From an uncultured Candidatus Saccharibacteria bacterium (GTDB taxonomy: Bacteria > Patescibacteriota > WWE3 > UBA101185 > UBA10185): a stretch of DNA of 25,197 bases. The stretch covers positions 1 to 25,197 of the forward strand of contig CAZTXE010000001.1 in NCBI GenBank assembly GCA_964617305.1, given 5' to 3'. Made by a program: the position numbers and the translations under genes. The notes under the pieces are model-generated. The model did not search any database. It was not told the origin of the DNA and worked only from the letters and a program-made list of their open reading frames with translations. This document shows positions 1 through 12,000 of this stretch, piece after piece (the first letter of the stretch is position 1; every line of letters starts with the position of its first letter).

Positions 1-3000
1 TAGGAGTTTCATTTGCAGTGGTTGTTAGTGATTCTAATTTCATAACAGGACTCGTCGTCCCGATGCCGACGTTGCCGTCCCCATCAACAAACACATAATC
101 TTCCCCAGCTGAACCCTCCAAGTGAAACATATCCTCTGAAGCAGATTGCGTTATCTGTAGTAATGAGTCAGGTGTTGTTTCATTGATGCCGACGTTGCCG
201 TTTGTTGATTCAACCCTCATTCTTTCAGTCCAAGTCCTAGCACTTCCAATTGTTGTCGCTGGAGAAGTTTCTACAATAAATCCTGCTGCTCCAAATTTTT
301 GTTTTACAGCGGCATAATTACCGAAGGAATTATTGCTACTATCAGTATGACTGACAAGATATGGTCCTATGGTCGTGTTTCCTCCAAATGCCAATGATTG
401 GTCAGAGGCAAATTGGTTCGTAATCATTGAGTTTGTATTATTAAATACTGTCAATTTTTCAGCTGGCTCCGTCGTCCCGATGCCGACGTTTCCTGTGTCT
501 CTTTCTACCGTCAACCTAGTGTTAATTGTTGCTCCATTTCCAGATTTTAAATAAAAATTATTATCTCCTCCGTCAAGCATCATTCTAAAACCTCCAGAAT
601 TAGCATCACCAAAAGCTCCATTCGCCTCTGAGTTTGCTTCTGTTAAATCAAATATGGCATCATTTCCACTTAGTGTGTGTATCAATAAATTTGAATCTGC
701 CGCATTAGGACTATAAATATTTAACTTACTTAACGGACTCGTCGTCCCGATGCCGACGTTGCCCTGAATATACATTGGGCCTGCTGTTCCAGTATAATCA
801 TCAAGAAAATTATATCCTCTTGATTGAAATTCTAATGGTTGAGTATTGTAGGAGGTCATTGTTGTTTTTCCTCCAGCAGAAATACTCATATCAAAATTGT
901 TTGAATATGCATCAAGGAAATTACCTGACCCAGTTGTATAAAATTTATTTGCTTTTATACTGCCATCCACTTCTAACTTTTCCCCAGGACTCGTCGTCCC
1001 GATACCGACGTTGCCTCCTTCTAAAAGAGTTATACCTATGGCATTCCCTGCAATAAGCTGAAGTGCAGAACTTCCATATTTGCCTCCAATCACCATATCA
1101 AGATTTGAAGAACCAGTTACTAAACTATCTGTTGCTCTGGCTACTCCTATAAGACCCATTTCAGTGCTATCAGTATCTGAAAAAGAAATTGCACCTTCAA
1201 CACTTGCTTGTTCTTTTAATTCCAACATTCTGCTCGGACTCGTCGTCCCGATGCCGACGTTGCCGGCTGAGGTATCAACGTAGAGCTGATTCGTATTCAC
1301 TGCGAAGTCGCCAGTGGTGGAGAGATTTACGTTTACACCTGAGCCAGCGACTGGTTCCAGCGTCAATGCTCCTACCTGGGTCGTGATCTTAGGTGCGGCC
1401 GATGCATTTGCTCCAAAGGTCAGGGTAGGCACTGTTGCAGTGTCATCTGTGTCTATTTCAAAGGTATTGTTAGAGGTGCCGCTTGTAACGCTAGGTCCGA
1501 TTAAGCTATCAGCTGTCAATGAGCCAGCTACGGTGACATTGCCGGATTTATCCATGGTAAACTGAGAAGTTCCGTCGCCATCCTGGACAAGAAAGAGATT
1601 TAAATCCTTATACGCGGTCGCCCCTGCTGCGCCAGCAGTATGATTTGAATCCAGAGTCAAGCTAGTGGCAGAGCCGATCGCAGAGACTGTAAAAACCTCG
1701 CTTCCTATCTTTATGGCATCCCCTACTGCAAGCTCTGTGTCAAATGCAGTGGTTGCGCCTGTCACTGCAGCTTCATTGATGGTGACTGTGACTGTGCCTG
1801 TGAGGGCAGTAGTAAGGTTACCTTTTATGTGGACATTGGCTGCAGGGGCAGTGGTACCGATACCGACTCTACCAGTTCCCTGCATAATCCTCATTGCCTC
1901 AGAATTTCCTGGACTAAAGGCTATGTGTTCATTGCCTCCGTCGGACTTTATTTCATGATAAAGATGTCCGGCCTTATAAGGGACAATCTTAATAGCGCCT
2001 GCGCCAACACCTGAACTTACACGCAAACCATCACTTCCCACTATATCTAAATCTGTTGCAGGTGTGGTCGTGCCGATGCCGACGTTGCCATTCCCTTGAA
2101 TAGTCATTTTAACATTATCATCATCCACATCAACTTTTGTTGCAAAGTGAATATCTCCTGCGTCGTTATTATATCTATTTCCAATAAATACCTCTCCTGT
2201 TCCTGGATTTTCCCAAAGTGCCAATCCCTGCAAACCTGCATTTGCACCAACCCTCAAATAATCAGTTTCTCCATTTAACCAATTATACCTAATATCACTT
2301 ATTACATCTAACTTCGCCGCTGGACTAGTCGTCCCGATGCCGACTCGCGTGTTCTGCACCCCTCCCGTCCCATCGGCTTCTCCGTAGATCTTCATCACAG
2401 GAGTCGAGTCGAGTGAGAAGCTGTAGCTTTCCTCGGTCCCCGCTGCGGGTACGGAGGACACAGGCATGTTAATCATTGTCACCGCACCACTGTCCTCTGT
2501 CAATCCGATGGTCCCGATGTTCAGCGCGCCTCCAACTTCGATTTCGTTGTTGGTGTTTACTTTAAACATATTCACGACTCCCGTTCCCGCCGAGTCCACT
2601 CCAGCGAACCACGCATCGTTTGGTATTTGAATGTAGTCAGTGGTGTCTTCCACTAGTCGCATCATTTCTACCCCTCCCGAGATGAGGGAAAGCTGGTCAG
2701 TACCCGACGAGCCCATTCCAGTGTCATAGTCAGATAACACAGCAAAACCAGGATTTGTTGCAGTTGCGTATTCATCCAATATAACATTTCCACCAGTTCC
2801 TGATTCCACACGACCCGCTAAAATGTTAAATGTATTTGTGCCAGCTATTCCAAAACTTAAAACATCATCTGATGATTCGTATAAACCTGTATCTCCATCT
2901 CCGAAAGCTAACGATGGTGTCGCAACAGCTCCAATAACTCCCGCAGGACCAATAATTACTTGATCGGTTGTGGCGGTTCCTGTTTCCACGAGTCGAAGCA

Positions 3001-6000
3001 TTTCTTTCGCTCCGGCGATAAGGGAAAGCTGGTCGCCAGAGTTGGTCCCCATTCCTGTATCAGAGTCTGAACTATTTGGAACGACGCTCGGCGTGGTTGC
3101 TGATGGGGTAGACCGAATAAGTTTCGAACCAGTAACCGTTCCTATTCCGGTAGATGTTATGGTGAGGACATCCGTACCGGCTGCTGAAAAGTGAAGATTA
3201 TTATCGACACTTTCCCAAAATCCCGTATTACCATCTCCAAACGCTAAATTGGGTGCGGCAGCGGTTCCAGTGAGATCCGCTTGTGGATTAATGATGAATT
3301 GCTCGGTCGTTGCTTCAGAAGCTCGAGCGATTTCTTTCGCTCCGGCGATAATAGAAACTTGATCGGCGGCGTTTGCTCCGATTCCGGTATCTATATCATT
3401 ATTAGAAGGCATAAAGACAGGATTTGTTGCCGTTGGGTCTTCGTTTCTAATGACGGCTCTACCAGCTGAACCGGCTTCAAAGGAAGTTGATGTAAACAAG
3501 AACGGAGCCGTACCCGCAACTGCAATATTGAGTTGATCATCACTCGCTTCATAAAACCCGGTATCTCCATCTCCAAAAGCTAAAGTAGGAGCAGCAGAAT
3601 GGTCTCCAGGAGTTTCATTTAAACTTAACAAACCGAGTGGACTCGTCGTCCCGATTCCGACGTTTCCAGAACTGTCGATTCTCAATCTTTCGGTACCGTT
3701 TGTATAGAGAGCTGTTATTCCGTGTGTCCAGTTCGTATCATTCTTACTTGTTTGACCAATTTTGAAGAGTCCCGCAGCGGCTCCAGTTGTTCCTGGTGTA
3801 TAGCTCATATGAATAGCATTGTCGTGGGAGTAGTTTTTCGACAAAATCCATTGTTGTGTAGCGGCACCATCTCCATAAAGCCAGAGGGCATTATTGATAG
3901 CTTTTATTGTGTAGGGGTCTGTCGCGGCGGTACTTGCCAATTGGATGTCTCCGCCATCAACGTGCAATTTCGTTGCCGGACTCGACGTCCCGATCCCGAC
4001 GTTACCTGCAAAATAATTCGTGCCAGCCACAGAATAAATACCATAATTTGTAGTTCCTCCTGTTGCTGAGAAATAACCTGCTGTAACTGTATTATTTGTC
4101 TCACCTACCGCTACGTTATGTGATGCATAAACATTTCCGCCTGTTTGAGTTCCACCTGATGAATCTGCTCTTGCTTTTACTCCTATTAGTGTTCCATTAA
4201 AATCAGTAACAGCAGCACTCAGTTCTGCAAGAAAATAACCTGCGTTTTCTTCATTACCGCCATTACCACCTAATATAGATGATATTTTAGTATACCCAAA
4301 GACTCCTATATTTAATCTTCCTCCTGTGTTTACTCCTGATGCTCCAACTACTCCTATAGAACCATAAGGACTCAAAGAAGGAATTGCTATAGAAGATCCT
4401 TTTGCTATTCCAATAATTCCTGGAGGTGAATTTACTGTTGTAAAGAAATTATTACTTTTTGCAACTCCATTAACTGTAAAAGCCCCACCCTCTGAACCTA
4501 ATATTGTTCCTTTTGTATGTAGTTTTTGAGCAGGACTCGCCGTCCCTATTCCCACATTCCCCGTACTATCCTCCACAAATATCCCTGCTCCGCCGTCTTC
4601 ATACAGCTTCAACCCGTCGGCTCCTGTAGCCGTCACTTGCTTGGTGGTGATGTTGTCGGCGGCAATTTCGATGTTTCCGAGATTTGAAGTTCCGCTTACA
4701 GTTAGATCACCCGCAATAGTTGTGTTCCCTGAATTATCAATCACAAATTGATTGGTTCCATCTCCATCCTCTACAGCCAGTAAGTTAGGGTCAGTGTAAG
4801 CAGTGGCTCCAGTTGCTCCTGCTGAGTGAGCTGAATCAAGTGTTAAGCTCGTAGCACTTGCAATGGCTGAGATAGTGAATATTTCACTTCCTATTTTAAT
4901 TGAATCACCTACGGCTAGTTCTGTGTCAAATGCTGTAGTAGTTCCTGTTACGGTTGTAGATGCTGCTGTAACATCTACTGTACCTGTTAATGCTGTGGTT
5001 AAACTACCTTTTAGATGTAATTGTGCTGTTGGGGAGGTGGTGCCGATGCCGACGTTGCCACTTGTTGAAGCAAGTATTACATTCCCAACAGTTGTTTCTA
5101 TTGATCTGAAATCAGCAGCAGAAGTAAGGGTCGGATTAATATAAAGCCCCCTAGTGATTCCATTTGCTCCACCAGTCTGATTAACGGTTCCAGTATATGT
5201 ATAACCATTAAATACTCCAGTTCCTGAACTTGGTTGGAAATTTCTAGTATTTGTAAAAACATTCAATGTTCCACTGGTGAGTATCCCAGTTCCTGTAGCA
5301 CTAAAAGTAGAATTCGATGATACTACTGAAAAACTATTCGCAGCTGTAGCAGTTCCACCACTACTAACTTTAAAATAACTACTACCATTTAATTGCAAGT
5401 CCATCATATTCCCGCCAAATCCACTTGGAGCATTAACACCTAATCCTGTTCCAGCAGTAGACCAACCAGTAGAAGTTGCCCCAGATGGCTCAATAAGTAA
5501 ATATGGTTTGGTTGTTGTAGCATCTCCACCTGTTCTTATCCAAGTACCATCACCCTTTATCCCTGGTTGTGATAATGCTCCATTTATAGCCACATGTAAT
5601 CCTGCCACCGGACTCGTCGTCCCCACCCCGACATTCCCTTCAACTAACAAACCATTCGTAGGGGCTGTATTTGTTCCAGAGTAAGTGGCACCGATTACCG
5701 CACCCCCTTCAACATCGAGAGTGTTCGTCGGACTCACCGTCCCAATCCCCACATTCCCACTCTTATCAACAATAAACTTTCCAACAGAGTCTCCGTTATC
5801 AAGTTCAAATAAGTTAGGGTCAGTGTAAGCAGTGGCTCCAGTTGCTCCTGCTGAGTGAGCTGAATCAAGTGTTAAGCTCGTAGCACTTGCAATGGCTGAG
5901 ATAGTGAATATTTCACTTCCTATTTTAATTGAATCACCTACTGCTAGTTCTGTGTCAAATGCTGTAGTAGTTCCTGTTACTGTAGTAGATGCTGCTGTGA

Positions 6001-9000
6001 CAGCTACTGTTCCAGTGAGAGCCGTGGTTAAACCACCTTTTGTGTGGAGTTGTGCTGTTGGGGAGGTGGTGTTGATGCCGACGTTGCCAGAACCTTGAAT
6101 AGTTAATCTTGTATTTGTTGATTTTGTTCTAAAATAAATATCAGCATTATCATCAGAAGCCGTATTATCTATATATAAATCACTATTAGGATTATATTGT
6201 ATAATTCCACGTCCCCCAGAATAACCTCCTATTACAATAGAACCTGCAACCGCGTGTGCTCCATAACTTGGAGCATAGCCACTAAATGTAGCTTGATTTA
6301 CACTTGAACTATAAACATGTAATGGACTCCCTGGTCCCGTCGTCCCGATGCCGACGTTGCCAGTATTTACGATTAAATCTCCATCACTCTGTAATTCTAA
6401 AACCTGAGCATTAGATGAATCTATTATACTAATATAATCACTTGTTTGAGAAGCAATTCCTTTAATCTTTAAACCATCACGACTAGTAGAACCAATAATT
6501 GCCCCAATTTGCCCTGCTCCTAAATTACCTCCTGCCCTTAAAACATCATCAACAATTAAATAACTTGATACGTGAGCTGTGCCTGTAACATCTAATTTAT
6601 AACTCGGACTCGTCGTCCCGATGCCTACGTTGCCATCAGGAAAAGTATAAGCTCCTGAACCTAATCCAAATACTGCATTCGTCACATCATGAGTTATACT
6701 TACCCATTCATCATTTGCTGTATCTGGTGCCGTTGCAGATTGTATATAGAGGGTTGGATTTGTTTGTGCTGTATGGTCATAATCTTGATTATTTGTATTT
6801 CCAAATACTATTTGATTACCAAGTTGCGTGGAGTTATTTATTAAAAACTGCTGATATAAATGGTCTGCTATAAATTGCATTCTACTACTACCCCCTTCTA
6901 CAAAATTTATTTTTGCTGTTTGTTGCGTATCAGTCGCTCCACCCACCTCCATTCCAGCATCAAAATCAGCCCGACTATCAAATTGAGCTATTCCTGTTGC
7001 CCTAAAAGTTCCACTTACATCTAGCTTCGCCCCTGGACTCGTCGTCCCGATTCCGACGTTTCCATCTGTTGTTACAGCTATTCCAGAATGAGAACCATAT
7101 AATCCAGCTACTTGAGCATAAGTAGCTCCAGCTTGTCCAAACACCCATTTACCTGCATTTCCTTCAAATTGAGCAAAAGCAGAATTAGCGTTCACATACG
7201 TATGTAAAATTGCCCCTGGACTCGTCGTTCCTATTCCGACGTTGCCACCATCTTTTAAGAAAAATCTATTATCAGAAACTCCATCTTCAGTAAATCTTAA
7301 CCCCCCAGAAGCATATTGAACATGCCAATCGTCAGTAGCTCCATCTCCACTTGTCCAATACATCGCACCCTCATATATTGATGACCCCGCAACATGTAAT
7401 TTCCCACCAGGACTCGTCGTCCCGATTCCGACATTCCCAGTTATAGATACATTTGTAAATCCTCCACTGTTAACAGTTAGCAATGTCCCCGCTCCATCTG
7501 CCGAAGTCAAAACTGCGGTTCCTCCTATCCTGTAATCTCCCACATTTGAAGCTGTTTGTGAATTAATAGTGCCATTTACTTCTAGCTTCGCCCCCGGACT
7601 CGTCGTCCCGATACCGACGTTGCCTGAACTTCCTTCAACAAATAATCCAGTTCCTGATGCCCACTCTATTTTTGTATCTACATCAAATTGATTTTCATTT
7701 AAAACAATACCATAACCTGAACCTGTATTTATTTCAATATTTCTATCAGCAGTTAATTGTAATTTGTTATCTGAATCAATTGAAAAATCCCCTACTGAAT
7801 TTATAGATATTTGAGTTGGACTACCTCCGTCATAACCTACTATTAATTGAGGAGAAGCTGTGCTATTTATCTCTAATTTAGCTCCAGGACTCCCCGTCCC
7901 AATCCCCACACGCCCTCGTTTATCCATGACCATCTTACTCACCGCATCTCCATTATCGATGGCAAAGAGATTGCTGTCTTTGTACGCCGTCACCCCAGCC
8001 GCTCCCGCGACATGGTTAGAATCAATCGTAAGAGCGAGATCATTTGGAGCCGTTGCCACAGTGAAGACCTCACTTCCAATCTTAATTGCGTCCCCAATCG
8101 CAAGCTCTGTAGTAAACGCCGTTCCCACTCCTGTAACACTCGCTTCCCCTGCTGTTACCGATACGGTTCCTGTAAGCGCTGTTGTCAGTCCTCCTTTTGT
8201 GTGGAGTTGTGCGGTGGGGGAAGAAATGCCGATACCGACGTTTCCACCACTCTTTATTATCATCTTCACATCAGAGTAAGAAGCATCTGATGAGTCAACA
8301 GTGTTATTATTGGCAAAATATAAATCCCCAACAGCAGATGCCCCTGTTTCTTTCCATGCTATCAAACCTTTTGAAGTAACAGAACCAGACGCAGAAGAGA
8401 AGAGTACTCCTGCTTCATCTCCTGTATTACTTCTCGTATCGTGAACTTTTAAATAAGTATTACCTGATGAACCTTGAACGTGTAATTTCTTTTCTGGCGT
8501 TGCCGTCCCAATCCCCACCTTATCCGCACTCACATCAACAAACAATTTATCAGTATTCACCGTCAAATCACTCGCCACTGTTAAATCGTCAGCCAAGGTG
8601 AGTCCACCCGTTGCCGTGAAGTCTGTTCCCGCATTTCCAATATTAGTAATGATATTGGCATTCATATCCCAGTTTCCGTCATAGGATGTATCTCCACTCA
8701 CCGCCAAGTCCCCCTGCACAGTCAGATTATCTGACACCGCATCTCCGAGCCAGACACTGCCGTCCACTTCCAAGTTTCCTTTGATGTAAACATCATCAAC
8801 AGTTGTGGCATTCGCGTTCCCCGTGTCATCTCCCACCGTCAGTCCAGCTGTCGGAGACGTGTCTCCGATACCGACTTTCCCAGCACTATCAATAAAGAGC
8901 CTGTCACCCGCATTAACTCTCAATGCAAGACTGTCATTTGCATGTGAGTAAGTTATAGATCCAGCATTGCTATCACTCGCATCTGCAAATTCAATTGTAC

Positions 9001-12000
9001 TATTTGCAGACGCTCCCCCCAATATGGTTATCAATGCGTTTGTAGTGGTATTATTATTTGCCTGAAAGACGGCAACTGTATTATTCAAATAGGATGGTTC
9101 ACTTCCTGCACCATCGACTACATGCAATTTTTTACTCGGACTCGCCGTCCCAATCCCCAAGTTTCCACCACTGTTTATATAGGAATCTCCCGAACCAATA
9201 AGTTGTATTACCTGTGCGTTTACATTCGCTCCATCATTATAAATTCTAAATATTCCATTTCCATTACTATCGCTCCCCAACATTCCAGAGAATTTATTAT
9301 CAGCCTGTCTTAAATAAACATCCGCACTGTCTCCAACAACATCTAATTTTGCCGTTGGACTCGCTGTCCCAACCCCTGTATATCCTTTTTTGTCTACCAC
9401 TACCTTGCTCACTCCGTCTCCATTGTCCACCGCGAAGAGGTTTGGATCTTTGTACGCTGTTGCTCCCGCCGCCCCCGCCGTGTGCGTGCTGTCGAGGGTA
9501 AGGAGAAGATCATTTGGTGCCGTTGCCACCGTGAACACTTCACTTCCAATCTTAATCGCATCCCCAATCGCAAGCTCTGTGGTAAAGAGTGTTCCCACCC
9601 CCTCTACCGAGTTTGAACTCGCACTCACGGTTACGGTTCCCGTGAGGGCGGTGGAGAGGTTTCCTTTTGTGTGAAGACCTGCAGTAGGAGCTATTGTGTT
9701 AATACCAATACCACTTGTTTCAATGTTCAATCTATCTATAGCTCCCGTTTGAATTCTCATATAATTCGTATTTCCAATGATTCTGGTCCCCGTAGTTCCC
9801 CATTTGAGAGAGGAATTTTCTGCCAACCTAATCTCTCCCGCTACTTCTAACTTCGCCCCTGGACTCGTCGTCCCGATACCGACGTTGCCAGAGGAATCAA
9901 TCCGCATTCTCTCTGCTTGACCTGCCCAAAGAACCATATCATCTGTCTCCGCACCCAAAAGAACTTCAGTAGTCCCAGCAGTATTAGAATCCTTAAAAGC
10001 CAAATAAGCATTTGCATCTCCACTTTCGATAAGCCCCAAGGTATTAGTTGTTGCATGGTATACATGCAAAGGATTTGAAGGACTCGTCGTCCCGATACCA
10101 ACGTTTCCAGTAGGAAAATATGCTTTAGAGTTTACGCTATCCAATCTTAACCACTCAGTTCCTCCTACAATTAAAGAAAGTAAATCTGAACCCGCACGAC
10201 CAATACCAGTATCTCCATCACTCTGGAATGTAAAGGCGGGTGCTGTTGCACCTGGTGCTGTTGATACTATTCTTCCACCAGTTGAAACACTCGCCCCCAT
10301 AGCACCTGAAAATATTTTAAATTGCTCAACTCCTGCAATATCAATTCTTATATCATCATCTAAACCCTCGTAAATTCCCGTATCCCCATCTCCAAAACTT
10401 AAACCTCCCGCCAGAGAACCAATAGTTCCATTCATATTCAAAATAGATTGAGGAGTTGTCGTTCCGATACCGATGTTCCCACCAGAAGTAATCACCATTT
10501 TCTGTGTAGCAGCTTCTGAAGCTCCTGTTTTAAATATCAATTCCGTCGCATTGCTACTCGCAGAGAACGTTCCTTCGGCCACCGCTTCAATGGCGGCTCC
10601 TACTAAGATCGCATCCGTGCCATCAGATTCCAATGGTGCATCAAATTCAATCTTTCCCAAGACATCACCATCCACAACCGTGAGTTCTTCCGTCGAGAGA
10701 TCAACTGCTCCCGGAGCTCCCGGAGGACCTGAGACATTCAGAAGTGCAGTAGGACTCGTCGTTCCTATTCCGACGTTTCCTGAGGAATCAATTCTCATCA
10801 TCTCAGAAAAATTCCCAGAGTAGAAAGATAAATGAGCACCATCGTTCGCAGTCCCAACTATCATTTCGTCACTATTATGATTCCATCTCAATGTTGCACC
10901 AACACTATCAGAGGGACTTCCAAATTGAATTCCAGATGTACTTGCATCAGGAGAAAGGATACTAAGTCCAGCATTCCCACTATTTTCAACAATTAAATCA
11001 TCACCATCTGCATGTGCAGTGATAGTTCCCGCCGTTGCCGTGTGAGCATGGAGTGTGCCATCAGGACTCGTTGTCCCGATTCCGACGTTACCGGTTGTGT
11101 GTGCGATTACCAAACGGGTAGTATCGCCAGAGGTGCCTTCTCGAATTCCAAAAAATGAATTGGGGACATAGTTTGTTCCATCCCCAACTCCTGCCATCCA
11201 AGAAAAAGATCCTGCACGATTGTAGGTAATCATAGGAATAGCACTTTTTACTTCCAAAGTAGAATTTGGCGTGGCCGTCCCAATACCCACCTTCCCCGCA
11301 CTCACATCCACAAACAGATCTGTAGAATCCACCGCTAAATCATCCGCGAGAGTGAGCCCTCCGGTCGCTGAGAAATCCGTCCCAGCGGCCCCAATGTTTA
11401 TAATTTTACTATTCGCCATATCAAGATCCCCAGAGGTAAATTCCATTGCCCCTTGTACATCCAGTGTTCCTGTAACCGTTACATTGTCGAGCACCATGTC
11501 GTCTCCCAAGAGCACATCGCCATCGACTTCCAAGTTTCCCGCGACATATAAATCACCGTCACCGGTTGCAAGCGTCGAAGTTCCGGTTCCAATATTTACC
11601 AATCCGTCCACAGTAACCTTCTTACTCGAGAGCCCTCCTGAACCATCCGCCAGTCCTATGATTTTTAGGATTGGATTACTGTCGATTGAGATCGCTGTGC
11701 TGTGCTCCGTCCCTGCTGTCGATGATGCTGAAACGGGTTGATTGTAGAGCGTCGTCTGCCCCGCATCTTCTTTTGCCACGAGTGTTGAAATCTCGATGTC
11801 TGGATGATACCCCGCCCAGAGGTCTTGGATTTCATTTACAGAAAGAATCCGATTGTAAACGCGGAGGTCTGAAATGGAACCGTCGAAAGAAAGCGCTCCC
11901 GTACTATCATTTCCAATGATAACATTCGTTGTTCCTGTCGCTGGAGTTCCTGAAGCTTGATCAGCAGAACCATTGAGAGTTGGGGCGGTGTCGGTATCTC

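Noticed and set aside
4781-6088. Diversity-generating retroelement TR/VR pair
   Set aside because: Mismatches are not adenine-specific and fall mainly on synonymous positions; both copies are coding; no reverse transcriptase is in the window.
48-11092. CRISPR array interpretation of the 29-bp repeats
   Set aside because: Intervals are about 120 to more than 1000 bp, variable and in-frame coding; the repeats are degenerate; no cas genes are present.
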